DNA of 64,000 nt from the human T2T-CHM13v2.0 reference genome, Homo sapiens. Numbering within the stretch: position 1 is the stretch's first letter; each line of letters starts with the position of its first letter. A program made the position numbers and the translations under genes. Shown in pieces: positions 1-15,090 of this stretch. The DNA is taken from assembly GCF_009914755.1 (NCBI RefSeq), contig NC_060934.1; one strand, written 5' to 3'. Under the pieces are notes generated by a model. It made no database searches. It was not told where the DNA came from and saw only the letters and a program-made list of their open reading frames with translations.

Positions 1-822
1 GAGCTCTTTTCCCCAGGAGAAATCTCTGGTAATTTTTACTGCTCCTGTGCAATTCATCTTCAACAATTTTTTCCCCAAGTCAGTCTATGCAGTTTCTGTA
101 GTCACTACGCAGTCTGTGCAATTTGAAAATTCACCTGCATCCATTAACTCTCCTTGCTATCTTGATAGGATAGTTTTGCCTAGCACTGACTAGTTAAAAA
201 GCAAATATAAACAAACAACTAGCAGGTTTTTTTTACTGCTATTGCGTTTGAATGCTACACTAGGTAGAACAACATCCTCAAATATGTTTTAGGGTGAGGT
301 TACATGCTTTTATTATTTACTAGCCAATGCTGATAGCAGTAATTGGGGTCACTGGACCGCTCAATCCAGGGGGCTTCCAGAAAACCACATGGACATTTTG
401 CATATGTCATTACAATCCTAGAAGTCAACCTGAAAAGTTTTTTTGTTAAGTCGGGGTAGTTGTACAGTGCCAAGAATCTAGGTTTTGTTATCAGACAGCT
501 CTAGATTTGAAATCTGCCTCCTGCTAGCTGTGTGACATTCTGCAAGTCATATAATGCTAATAACAACAATAACAATACTACTGCTAATAACAATGTAACA
601 ATGTTAGACTGTCAAACACACATTGAGTGGTTACCAAATGTTAGGCAGAGTTTGCTTAATATTGTTTATACTTACTATCTTATGTAACCCTCATACAAAT
701 CCTCTGAGACAAATACTATTATCTTATAAATGAGTAAAAAGAAGAACTTAAACTTCAAGTACACACAGTTAGCATATATGATCTGTGGCAGGAACCCACT
801 ATTCCATCTCCAGATTTCAAGC

Positions 823-1131
823 TTTTTTTTTTTTTTTTTTTTGAGACAGAGTCTCGCTCTGTCGCCCAGGCTGGACAGTGGCGCGATCTCTACTCACTGC
901 AAGCTCTGCCTTCGTGTTCAGACCATTCTCCTGCCTCAGCCTCCAGAGTAGCTGGGACTACAGGTGCCCACCACCACGCCCGGCTGATTTTTTGTATTTT
1001 TTGTATTTTTTTAGTAGAGACGGGGTTTCACTGTGTTAGCCAGGATGGTCTCGATCTCCTGACCTGGTGATCTGCCGGCCTCAGCCTCCCAAAGTGCTGG
1101 GATAACAGGCGTGGAGCCACCATGCCCGGCC
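823..1131 (-). mobile_element. Alu (AluY-like)
   Basis: Poly-T followed by a full Alu reverse complement. TSD cagatttcaagctttt at 811-826 and 1132-1147. Carries the gcaagctc and gtgttagccaggatgg diagnostics. Confidence 0.93.
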
Positions 1132-1726
1132 CAGATTTCAAGCTTTTAACCATAGTCAACTGCCTCTCTGAACCTCGGTTTCCTAATCTGCACTGTAAGT
1201 GCAAAATAACTCTCTTGTAGGGTCGGGAGGAGGAGCAGGGATCGCACAGTTACTGCTTCTAAAACTGGTCATTTATCGTTGCTGCTGATAGTGCTGCTAT
1301 TATGTAAACTTAGTCAATTTCTAGCAGGAAGGATGTACGCATACTTTCTTCTTTGCACTCACGTTTTTAGGAATAGAGCTAAGCCCTACTCACTTAGGAA
1401 AGGCTGATAGTATCTCTAGTTTCAGCAGGGCCAATGAACGGGGTCAACTAGTGACTCAGGCACCCTACATGTGACCATCTGCAAGCCTGCCTAGAAATAC
1501 AGACTCTCCAGTAACCTGCTTTCTTTGGTAAGATAATCAGTTCTTCCCTTTGGAGCTATGGGGAATTAGGCATGAAACTGGGACCATGGTCCAAGGTACA
1601 TTCTGTGTCTTTTTGCTTCTTCCCACAAAGAGAAGATGTTTCCTGCTGGTGATTCTACCTGTTGTTCTTCCTGGGATTTTTCCAGTCAACTTAAGGGAGT
1701 TATCTGATCCTATAGCATCATACGAC

Positions 1727-2039
<313 letters not shown>

Positions 2040-2554
2040 TAAAGGCTACTGCTAACCAAGGATCTCAATGCAAAACACCTTGTCCAAAGCAGCAGTCTGT
2101 TTCAATGGCCCTGACTTTAGTAGCAGTCCCTTCCTAAACACTAACAACTAACTGAGAGCAGTGTTATAAAGCATCAGTGGCCACTTAACTGTAAGCTTAA
2201 AGGCTGGATGTATAATTATTAAAGATATATGCTTACGTTATAGACATACTTTTAGACCACACAAAGAGTATGGAACAGTCGCCATCCAAAGCCTCCCAGG
2301 CACCAGGCGATGCTTGTGCAGAAAGGCCAGGACTGATCCAACAGCTTCTCATCTGCAGAGGACAATCTGTTGGTTGTCACCCAATTGTCTCTGTCCCCGC
2401 AACATATGGGCAGTCAGAGGATGGACAAGGCTACATCTGGAGCTCCTTCTGCTCACTGCCCTGCAGCCCTGAAGGCTCCAAACCATGGCACATATGAGAA
2501 GTACTTAGTGTGTTCCACAGTTATTTAAATACCTCCCAGGCTAAAATGTCCCAA

Positions 2555-2900
2555 GCAGCTTTTCTTAACATATGGACCCAGGTCTACGTGCATCAGAATC
2601 ACCTGGGTGACTGATGAACATGCAAATTCTTGTGCATATTTGTCTTTTTATCAGTTTATTATTTGTCTCCCTTGATAGCATGGAAACCCTGGAGAGTAGA
2701 AGCTGTCTTGTTTACCCTGCTACCCCAGTTCCTGCAACACTGCTTGGCACATAGCAAGTGCTCAATAAATATTTGTGGGATGAATTAATTCCTGGGCCCT
2801 ATGCTGACCTACTCAATCAAAATCCCTAAGAATGGGGCCATGTATTTTAAACCGGGACTTCAATGATTATTATGCTCACTAAATTTTAAGAACCAGCGTT
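2555..2900. mobile_element. MER5-type DNA element interrupted by an L2 3' end (~2633-2786)
   Basis: The MER5-like gcatcagaatcacctggg...gcaaattc resumes as ttcctgggccc...ttaagaacca after an L2 tail (cttggcacatagcaagtgctcaataaatatttg). Confidence 0.6.
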
Positions 2901-4706
2901 CTAAGGTAATCCGGCCAATTCTAAGATAGAGAAAAAGATGGTAAGTTTCCTCCCCCAAGGCGTCCATATTCACTATCTGGTCAGACATTAAGTTAAACAT
3001 ATTAATAGCCTTGGGTTAAACTTTCCCTTCTAGCCATATTCCTCCAACAAATGTTTATCTACCACCTGCCATATGTCAGGCTCTGGGTCCTAAGTAGAGA
3101 AAACAAATATAGTTTTGGAAGGCAGAGTGCCCAGGAAAAACTAGAGCCACCCCCATTCCTTTCCAATCTGCCAGAGGTGAACACTTGGAGTTCATGGTTT
3201 GACAAGCCTACTCCCTCCTTCTGCCCAAAGTTCGCTGATACAGGAAAGAAACAGACTATATGTTCATTACTGTTTTCCCGGCAGGTTTGTATGACACCTC
3301 TGGTTCATGAAAGTCAGATGTGAGCTTAAAATATTTATCTTATCTTAAAATAATCAAACCTTTCCAAACAGGTTTCCTATATGTTTGGCACCTTTGAGTT
3401 TGTTCTGGAAGCTTAGATTATATTTTGAGTTACTCCCTGGACTTTTACCAGTATTTGATCTTGGGCAGTCACTTCTCCTTTCAGGCTGTTGCCTTATTTG
3501 AAAAATGAGAAGGTTCGACTAGAATCAGGCATGTCTTGGAGCCCCTTCCAATTTGAATGCACTCTCATCTCTGACTCCTCAGTGCCATCTTACTGCCTTA
3601 TACTTAAAAAAAGTTAAGTATGATATGATTTGATGAGCAAATAATGATTGTCAAGCTAGTCTACCCAAAATTCTCCCAGGCAAAGGTGTTTAGCTTTTGG
3701 TAAAGTTGGGTAAAATTCAAGATTTGCAAAAAAAAATTTCTAAGAGTTCTCACTCTCAGTTTTCTTGTTTACCTGCAAAAATACTATGGCAATTTTAATG
3801 TGCTTTAAACTTTATGTAAAAGATAAAGATAATACCCACACTTTCTCAGAAATTTGAACTTTTTATTTATATCAGGGCTGGAGCAAGGTGCTTTAGCACA
3901 GCCTGATCTGATCAGGTTGAAAATCACTGCTTTAAGGGATGCCCCCAGGCAAAGTTATGAAGTGTAGGAAGATTTATAAGGAGTGAGAAGCTCTCTGTGT
4001 CCTTTCCTCAACCACATCACCCTCCCTTCCCTCCCCTCAGTCTCACAGAAGTTCCCCAAAGGTAGGCTGCCCTAATCTAAGTCCATAGTCTTTGCATCAA
4101 ATGTAACTGTAATGCCCCTTTTTCCATTCCAGCCTGACAAACTAATCACTGGTAACTTGTCCATTACCATTGCCCAGGTAATTGTCTTTCTTTGGGAAAC
4201 AGCTTCACTTAAATCAGTGATTCCCAATGCTTTGAGGTTTCATGTCTGCTTTATATTCCAATTATTTTGTCACGCCTCCTTTATTGGCCTGAAAAAAAAA
4301 AAGGGTCAAAAATATAACTTACCCTTCTCACTATATAATGCCCAAATTATTTTTTTAAATGAAGAAATGTGATAGAAGTAATTTGTAATAAATTAACTTA
4401 TTTCAATATGTAAAAGCCTAAGCAAGACAGCACTAGAAGCTGTGATGAAGTCCAGTGCTTGCTGTATGTCTAGACTCACAGGGAGAGCCACAAAGGTACT
4501 ATGGAGTCAATGACAAATACCAAAAACCCCACTCACTGCTCACTATATGCCAATAGCGTCCCACAACCACTGATTGTGATAATCACCTCTACCATCAGTT
4601 ATTTTTCCAAAAAGCCTTTTAAAAACCTAGATCAATGACCCTGATGCAAAGTTGGCTATGTTAGCAACCTCCAGAGAGCTATTTTGACTTAAAGAATGTT
4701 TCTCTG

Positions 4707-5070
<364 letters not shown>

Positions 5071-5638
5071 TTAGGAAAGAAGCATTTTTAGGGTTGAAAG
5101 GATGTTTGAAACTTGAGCCCATGAATTTTTGGCCTTCTTTACGCTTTTAGCACTTGGAATGTCATTAGGTAGCTATTTCACTTAGTATCTTCATCCAGAT
5201 GTTTCAGAATGGATTTTCTCTTCCTGCTGTTTCATTGGTATGTGAAATTGCAGGTCGGTTTATTCAAAGGTTTGGAATAAAAAGGTTTCTCTGAACTCTC
5301 CTTTCATTGCCAAACATTTTGCTCCAAATCAGGCTTGTTTTAACTGAATTAAGAGGATGACTTAATAAGAAGCTTCTGTGCACAGCAGAGGGTCATGGTA
5401 ATCGTTCTATAGGGAACAACACAATACGGTCACAAGTCTGCAAAACGTGCCAGAAATGATAGTCATGCCTCATCCAGGCAAGTAAATGCATCCTTCCTGG
5501 AAGCAGTCAAGGAGTTGTTTTCTCCGAGTATTGTTATCAACAGTTTGGGGTTGGACTTTACCCTCCTGCGGCCACTTACGTTGTAAAGACGATGAAGCAA
5601 ATTATTCAAAGCAAATCTATATTTCTTTTTCCTTCCAG

Positions 5639-5693
5639 AGGGAAAATGATTCCATCTGATCTTGAAAGAAGGATTCTTGAAGCCAAACAGAAA
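5639..5693 (+). CDS. GAD2: GAD65 coding exon 9 (55 nt): (R)GKMIPSDLERRILEAKQK
   Basis: Acceptor tttcttttttccttccag ends at 5638 and donor gtaagt starts at 5694. The translation matches the recalled GAD65 sequence at about residues 307-325. Upstream exons lie outside the window. Confidence 0.97.
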
Positions 5694-7159
5694 GTAAGTT
5701 TCTGCCGGGAGCTTTATCCAGCCCATATTTCTATTTCCATCCACCGGAGAACAAAATGTGTTTTGGTTTTATTTTAAAAAGAGGATCCAAGCCTCAATCT
5801 CCCAGGTTTAATGAGAACATAGAATTCTGCATCCAGTCACTATTTATTTCTCTGGGTTATAGGCTCTGCTTTAGAAAAGTTTAAATTGCTGAATAAATAT
5901 TATATACAGAGATACAGTGAGCGTTTCCAAAGCATTTGTCTTCCTAGGTACTGAGGGTTGGCATGAAACACCCACACATTTGAAAGAATATTTTCAGAGG
6001 CGGGGAAATAGCAGAATGCTAATGCAGTATGTGAGAGACCCTGGTGCAGTTCTTCAAAAGGGGCCAGTTTTTCCCGTGTAGGTGCATGCTGTTAGCATTG
6101 GCTCTCCAGACGTCTTATTTTGCAGGAAGCAATTTAGAACTCTTTTCAGAAGTAACAAGTTCTGAATGCCTGCCCAAGATTCCCAAAGCTCTAGAAAGTC
6201 ATTTACAACCTGGGATGGCTCACAAATCAGAGAATTTGTTTCTAGAATTCTTTGTTTACCATTTGGTAGATATAACCTACAGTTTCTGATTTAATAACAT
6301 ACACATGCATTTTATCATTAGGAACTCAGAAATAATGATTTACGTTCATATGCCCTTTTTCGTTTGGTTTTGTTTTACTAAGTGGCAGGCAGCAGGAGAA
6401 GGTTTCCCTCCTTGTGCAAGTACTAGAACTACTTCTAGTAACATCAACTAGAAGATTAAACCTTTGCTGCCACCTAAAGACTGACACCATAACATCACGT
6501 TCTATAGACAGGACAGAGTCCTTATGGAATGAGGGACTATGGCGATCCTGTTTGTGGCATTCTCCTGCCTTCTTCCAGCCCGTTACTTCAATCAGTTTTC
6601 ATTTAGCCATGGCCAGAGAGACTGAGGACTAGTTAGACGGATAAAAGTCATGGCGTATTATTTTAGCCGCTCCGTGCTGAAACGTGAAATAAATTATCTG
6701 GGCATTTTCCAAATAGGAATAATGGGCTGGTCAGAGCTACTTCTCTTCATTCTCCTGCCTACTCACTCTAGGGGATTTATGAAGTTCAGAGGCCTCGTTG
6801 TGAATAAGGAACACTTGAAAGTGAGCAAAGGGGGTTAAAAGGGCCAGAAAGTCTACCGGGAATATATACATGTCTCGGGGACGTCCCTGACAGCCTCTGG
6901 GTTCACTACAGCCTCTTCTGAGAATCAGAATGTCTGTTCTTTTAAGACACAGTCAGGTCCAACAGCATAGCCTAGAGAACTCAGATTCCAGAGAGTGAAC
7001 ATCAATTTGTCCCAGACCCCGGGGTGTCAGTAACTCTGCTGCTGCTTCCTCAAATTCAGACGTGTCTGTTAGGGAGAGAATTTCCATTGCTTTGAATCAG
7101 CTTTTTAAAAGAACCCTTGACTCTGTTTTCCATGATTTGGGGCTTTCTCGTTCGCACAG

Positions 7160-7276
7160 GGCTTTGTTCCTTTCCTCGTGAGTGCCACAGCTGGAACCAC
7201 CGTGTACGGAGCATTTGACCCCCTCTTAGCTGTCGCTGACATTTGCAAAAAGTATAAGATCTGGATGCATGTGGAT
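7160..7276 (+). CDS. GAD2: GAD65 coding exon 10 (117 nt): [39 protein letters not shown]
   Basis: Acceptor ttcgcacag and donor gtaagt. Encodes the group II decarboxylase ATAGTT..GAFD motif and HVD (PLP-contacting Asp364). Missing from the ORF track but read by hand. Confidence 0.97.
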
Positions 7277-8276
7277 GTAAGTATCCCTTAGGGACTGGCC
7301 ACTAAAACGTCCTTGCACGTTTTTCATGTGGGACACACAAAGGAAATTTGTTTTCTCTTTTTTTAACTTGGTCAGCTTATTTTCAGAGTGGTGATATTAA
7401 AGCTTTTAAAGCTGGATGAAGCAAATTAGCACACAACTCACACAGTACACACCGTGCACCAGAAGCATCCCAAGGCTGATTATACCTTAATGTCCCCAAC
7501 ATGGTAATATTTGTATTTCTATGATCAGTACCCAAGCTGACCACTTTGTTCTCAATTCATCGAGCCATTGCATCCATGGAGGAATACAACCTACGCACAC
7601 AGTCCTGCTGTTCCTCACTTACCGGAATGGTCAGAAGAGTAAAGAGGAGTTGCATTTATGTAGGAAACCCAGAGAATTAAAAACAAACAAAAGCAAAAAA
7701 CTGAAGCTCAAGTTAGATATTCCTGTATTTAGAGAGGAAAATAGGCTTGACAACTTCCTGGGAAATAAGGACCACCAAAGTTCCAATTTCGTAGCTTGGT
7801 CAGCTAAGAAGATAGATTATATTTGAAACGTTTTGACTTCAGGCCTTGTCACACTAAAAAATAATGAAGGTGTTCCCTCCAGAACATTTTCCAATGAAAA
7901 AAAATGTGTTAAGTTTTAGAAGGACCGAAGGGATTTAAGTTTAGATTAGTATTACTCAAAGTGTGGTTTGACGATTAGCTACCACCTGCAAACTGTTAAT
8001 GATCCATATGAGATAAAGAGTTTGTGCCAAACCATCATCAGTCACAAACCATCGCTAATCACAAACCATCACAAACTAAGCGCAATGCTTGGCTCAGCTG
8101 ATAATTTTTTCATTGCAAGACTTTCTCAGTGAAGGAACGCATAAGTTGATGTTCATTCGAGTGCAAGATCCTTATGTTGTCATGGGCCAGCACTGGGTCT
8201 AAGCCAGGGCTATAACAATGATCTAGCCCTGGCTTAGATCATTTTGGCTTTATAATAATTATTCAGACCAAATTAA

Positions 8277-8579
<303 letters not shown>

Positions 8580-9087
8580 TCATTAATGTTCTTTTCTTTA
8601 GGGGCAGAAAATTTCCACAGGCTTAGCTGGGTGCATTTCCATTATTCCAGAGTATTCCTGCAGAGCAATCACCAATGTTCTTTATCCTCCCTGATTCACA
8701 GTGTGAGTCGTTCATTAGGCTACCAGAGCCCCTTTCATTTTACACATGAAGACACTGAGAAAAGACTGAACTATCCGATATCATTAGTGACCTGGGCCTC
8801 AGGACTGGAAACCCTGGTAGACCTTGCTGGCTGATTCAGGAAGAGGATTACCCGGCAACTTCAAAAATGAGAATGTCTGTGTGTCCTGAGCCAGCAGAAG
8901 CTATGGGTTGTTCCTCTGGGCCTCCTACTTAAATTAGAACTAGGGAATCTTTTAACCAGTTTTATTAGCTTTTCTTTGAAACATACCAAGTTTACCACTT
9001 ACTCTTATTAGCTTTAACATTCATACATTCTATAAAGTAGAAAGAATCTTAAAATAGTACACGTTTGGAAAATCAGATAATTTTTCA

Positions 9088-9406
<319 letters not shown>

Positions 9407-10157
9407 AGAGGGCTGAACTTACAACAAAAGGTGGGGGGAAGCGATTATATCATAAAAGAATTTTATAATCTGTTTAAAATTATCCTAGAATTATTTGTAC
9501 ACACAGAGGAAAGAAAGTTAATATTTCCAAATGAATCTCCATCTTGGCATTCTATTTTTAAAGGAGATTACTACACCAATTCAAATCTTCAACCTTGATC
9601 AAGTACAAATTGTTAAGACGTGTTCTAACTGCTCAGCTAATTAACTGGTATGAATCTTCCCTGCTTGTGAATTTTGGACACAGAAATTATCCAAAATCAC
9701 ACATCAGTGAAATAGAGTTATGAAGCCACTTCTTATTTCTGGAATCATTTAGACTTGTCAAAAGAGTTTTCCCTGCAACTTGGAAGCTGTTTAATGGCCC
9801 TCCTGCCCATCTTCTCTGCCTTACACTGTGGGGACCACAGGGTTTCGTATTCTGAGAACATGACTTCATGAGGACTAATGGTGCTGGTGATAGGTTTGGG
9901 AGAGGGTCTTTCTCTCTCTTCTGCGGACCAGGAGCTATGCCTCCAAGGTGGCTCCTTACACCCATATAAATGTGGGATGGAATCTGAGACCTTAGAAGGG
10001 CCCTTCGGTGTAAACTCTGAAGGTTAGTGCCAGAAGGAGGTGGTCAACTTCCTAAGTGGCCTGGGGTCAAGATCATTTTCACCTAGAAAGACACCAGACT
10101 ATAGAAATCTAGGCAATGACAAACTGCTACCATTTTCCTCATATGATTTTTTTTCAG

Positions 10158-10222
10158 GCAGCTTGGGGTGGGGGATTACTGATGTCCCGAAAACACAAGT
10201 GGAAACTGAGTGGCGTGGAGAG
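10158..10222 (+). CDS. GAD2: GAD65 coding exon 11 (65 nt): AAWGGGLLMSRKHKWKLSGVE(R)
   Basis: Acceptor ttttttttcag and donor gtatgt. Continues HVD-AAWGG in frame. Confidence 0.97.
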
Positions 10223-12401
10223 GTATGTTGCATTTTTCTTATTAACAACATAAAGTGTTAAAAGCTAACTGTGAAACACAAATTACAGTCAATTTCCAGG
10301 AACTTTTGGAATACTGAGTGAACTCACTCTATTCAGTGCTTGTGTTCCTTGCCTTATGTGGTATTACACTCATGAATGTGGGTAAACAACAGAAAAATCA
10401 AATATGTAAATATTATGTGTAAACAACAGAAAAATCAGAATACACATCAAGCGACCCAGGTAGAATCTCTTTCAGACATAGAGATTCCTATCTAGGGTCT
10501 ATTCCTGGGATCTCTGAACCAACCACAAAAATTGTTTAAAACCTACAGGCAGCCCACGTTTTTCTAGGGAGAAGATTTATAGCTTTCATGTTTCATAAAA
10601 GGATAATATCCACTGCTTAAAAAAAATAATAATTTTTCAAAGCAAATAAGCACCTTGTAACTTATCAATGTTGAAAGTTTGGGTTTGGGGTCTAAGATGG
10701 CCAGTTCACTTAAAGTGAAACATACTAGCAATAGCCTCATCTCATGTTTCATTCCCGTAATAACCTTTCTCTGACACAGCTCCGACTGATGCTGCAAAGC
10801 ACCTTTTATTTAGAGCCTACGCAGAAGACTGTTGAGAAAAGCTGAAAAACACAAAGGCAGTGATATCTGATTGGCATAAAGCACATTCAGGTCCAAAGAA
10901 AAGAGAACAACAGAATGCAAAATACAGGCTCTGGTTCTGAACCACATGCAAGGGGAGCCCAGTTCTCTCATCACAACATGGCAGGTCAGACACAGTGGTG
11001 AGCTCTGGCACTCCAAGTGACCAAGAAAGCCTGAATTCATCAGAGGCTGCCAAATGCCCACCATCCCCTGCCAAGTCGCCAGATGCTGCCCAGCAAAAGC
11101 GTCACACTGGCTCTGCCACTAGATATCTTGGCACAGTTTCTGTTCCAGGACAAGGAGAGACGCTGATGGAGCACAGAGGCACTTGTGAGCCCTGGGCATG
11201 TGGGAGGCCCAGGCCAGAGTGGCTGTGCAGAGGGTGCGATCTGACACCCAGGCCCAAAATACACAGAGAACCCGTGAGTGTGGAAAGAGAGGGGTATGGT
11301 TACTGGGCTGGAGTCAAGAGCATCCCACCAAATTAATGGAAAGAAGGCAAAAAAGAGTTGGGATACACCAGCTAAGGCCCATGTCAGAAGGGTCACTGTC
11401 CCTGAGTCTGATGGCTGGGGTCAGAGCCTGGCCTGAGCACAGCGGTGTTAAGGCACCTGGAGCCACCCAAGCTCTGATTGCAGGGCCCCATTTAGATGCC
11501 AGTGGATGAGGGCAGGTGTGTCTCCCTCCCAGGGTCAGCCAGTGCCAGGCCTCTGCTCTTGGACCCTTGGGGCTTCTCTCAGGCCTAATCCCTTTCCATC
11601 TTGAAGATCTGCAAGAAAGCAGAAGCTTAAGGAAGAGGCAATGAAGTAAACAGGGAGAGACAATAAAAGAGAGAGAGAGAACAACTTGGAAGGTGCCTGC
11701 TCACATGATCAGAACAATAATTAAATTCATGTGCTTTCAAGAGAGGTAGCCTATGTACAGTACTTTCTCTTCTGTGAGTTTCTGACTGGCACAAAAAGTC
11801 TGTTACTTTACCTTTGATGCCACTTGCAACTGTAAGTGCTGAAAGTCCTGGCACATCCTCCACTTAAAAACTCACTAAATTACCTACCCTGAGCCTTAGA
11901 AAAATAAACACCCACACGATTCTGTACCAAAGACTATTATTTGAGAGCAAAGCTTAGAACGTTCATCAGGGAACACAGAGTTTCCTCTTATTGCCGCAAT
12001 TCTTGAAACTGTACTGTAACTAAACTTTTCAAATGGAATAACCATATATGAAGTCCTAAAAATGAGGGGGCTGCTGGTGTTCCACTCTGAGCAGAATCCC
12101 CTTTAGCCACCCATTTAACCGAGGATACCCCTCTCTCACTGACTTATTAGCAAAAGGCATACTTTCTAAGTGAATACAGTTGGAAGACCAGTGGAAACCA
12201 CATAATGTGTATGGCCACAAGTTTAGGAAAGAAATGTGTCTCACTTAGGGAATGACATTTTTCCAAGCTCCGCAAACCAAAGTTTAGAACTCACCCTAAA
12301 AGTAGAAGAAATCCGTAGTCAATTCTTGTCCCCAAATCCAGAGGATCCTTAGTAGTCACAGAGGATCCTGAATGCCATTCTCATACAAAATGGCACAAGG
12401 G

Positions 12402-12720
12402 GGCCGGGCACGGTGCTTGTAATCCCAGGACTTTGGGAGGCAGAGGTGAAAGGATCATTGAGGCCAGTTCAAGACCCTTCTGGGTAACAGAGTGAGACTC
12501 CATCTCTACAAAAAGAATTTGTTTTTTTTAAATTAGCCAGGCATGGTGGTACTCATGGCTGTGGTCCTAGCTACTCAGGAGACTGAGTGAGGCAGGAGGA
12601 TCACTGGAGTCCAGGAATTTAAGGCTACAGTGAGCTATGATGGCACCACTGCACTCCAGCCTGGGCAACAGAGACCCCATCTCTAAAAAAATAAAAATAA
12701 AAATAAATAAATAAATAAAA
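12402..12720 (+). mobile_element. Alu (AluJ)
   Basis: Diverged Alu with aggatcactggagtccagga and ggctacagtgagctatgat (J-type). (AATAAA)n tail. TSD aaaatggcacaa. Confidence 0.9.
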
Positions 12721-12835
12721 TGGCACAAACACCTGGAGCCCTTTCTGGCATCCCCTTCAAGAACCAACCAAATTCTCAGAAAACAGCTCTCTTCCTTGCT
12801 AGCACTGTCAGAATGTCGAGAGATGGTGCCGCTGA

Positions 12836-13207
<372 letters not shown>

Positions 13208-14894
13208 TTCTGTGCATCAGACTGACTCGTCTTTAGTCTCTCCTGCCCACAGGCTGCTGCTTACCGTAATCATCCTCTGATGTGTTCCACTCTCAAGGCT
13301 TTAAGTCGCAGCTGAAGGTGCTGGTACAGTTTCTGCTGCATCACCAGTTGCTCTCACTCCTGCCCTGAGAGCCAGGTGTTCAGGATTTAATTCGATCATT
13401 GCTGAACCTCTGTCATAGGCAAGCCACAGCACAACGCACTGCATGGGTGCAAAGACGAGTATGATATAAAGCCTATCTTCAAGGAGTTCAGAATCTAGTG
13501 GGGAAGATTGTCAATGAACAGTGGATTAAAATTCAAGGCAAGGAAGTAAAGGCTGGAGAGACAGACGTGGGAGCTGATTGGAGAGCACAGAGAAAGGAAT
13601 GTTTCCTTCTGTGATTACAGGGAGCTTTCACCAAGCAGGGCAACATTGTAGCTCAGCATCATAGCATACAGGGTACTTCATCGGGCAGAAATGGAAAAGG
13701 GCATTCAGGCTGAAGAGACACACAAGTGTGAAAGTGCACAGTGTGTTGGAGAAAGTTCAAACCCGTTTGGTTGGAGGATGCCATGGTTTAACAGCTGTGG
13801 CCAGGTCATGGGTGGAAAGTGCAGAAGTCTTGGCCAGCCCAGGGCCCGCCCGCAGAGCCAGGTCAGAATCTGCGGGGGTTCTTTCCACGAAACATAGATC
13901 CCTGAGCTGGGAGTCACTGCTGTGTGGCTGCCATTATGCGTGGAGAGCATTAGATTCCTTGGGGCGACAAAACCCATGGAAAACCTTTGCTGCAGGAGCC
14001 GTAGTGGGCTTTGAGCAGAGGTGCAATGTGATCTCACCTGTGTTCTGGCATTAACTCTGCATTAGAGAGGAGACGGGAGCCAGGGACAGACTAGAAGCTA
14101 TTAAGCTCTTAGGAACGTCCAGGTGCAGGACAGGAAAGAAGCTGAGTGTGACCTAAGCTGTAGTAGCAGAGAAGGAAGTAAGTGGATGGACCTAGGAGAG
14201 GGGGAGAGAGAACTGTAAGGGGCGGTATAGAGACGGGGAAGAAAAGAGTGAAACTAAGGACAACAGTGAGGTTTGGAGGCTGGAGGCCTGGAAGGAAAAT
14301 GGTGCCAGGAACACAGAATATAGAGGAGAAAGAATCAATCTAGAAGGTTGAGCAGTGGCGATTGGGGCCTATGGATTTGAGGCAGAAATAAGAGCACAGG
14401 GAGATGTCTTAAAATAGCCCTGCGGGATTCAGTTCTCTCCAACTTACACAAACTGCAGAAGCCGCATGACCGAATCCCACAGCAAAACATTTTGAAATGA
14501 ACCTGAGGCTGTTTTTTTTTTTTAAATAAATTGCCAACATTTCTGAAATCAAGTCCATGTCATCGAATCAATCTGCAGGGCTTTTTGCCATCTTTATGCC
14601 TCTGAGAGGGAGGTGGGACAGAGAATTCAGTGACAGGTAGTTGGGGGCCTTGGCAGCTTCTCTTCTAAAAAGACAAATAGGCCCCCACGTAGAGATAAAC
14701 ACCACAGCCAGACATGGAAGACAGCTGTTTTCCTCTCCCATCAGGCATTCTTACTGACAAAGCTGAGTTTATCAGAATTAGACATCTAGCCATAGAACAT
14801 GATGGAATGTATAGAATGGCCATGTGTACGTGCATGCACGGTGTCACCAAGCTCACAAATGACAGAGATGAAATCCATAGCAAAAGCCAACCTT

Positions 14895-15090
14895 ATTTAA
14901 TGCTTACTGCATGTTAAGCACAGTTCTAAGCACTTCACCTAAATACATATTATTATTCTCCTTTTCTAGTTGAGGAAATCTAGGCACAGAGAGGTTAAGT
15001 AACTTGCTCAAAGTCACACAGCCAGGAAGTGATGAAACCTGAACGCAAACCCATACTATCTGGCTCCTGAGGGCTTCCCCCTTAACTATT
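14895..15090 (-). mobile_element. MIR
   Basis: MIR core gaggaaatctaggcacagagaggttaagtaacttgctcaaagtcacacagc. Confidence 0.75.

Noticed and set aside
7160-7162. First codon of exon 10 is GGC where I recall GGG in a reference cDNA
   Set aside because: It is synonymous (Gly) and my recollection cannot be verified without an alignment.
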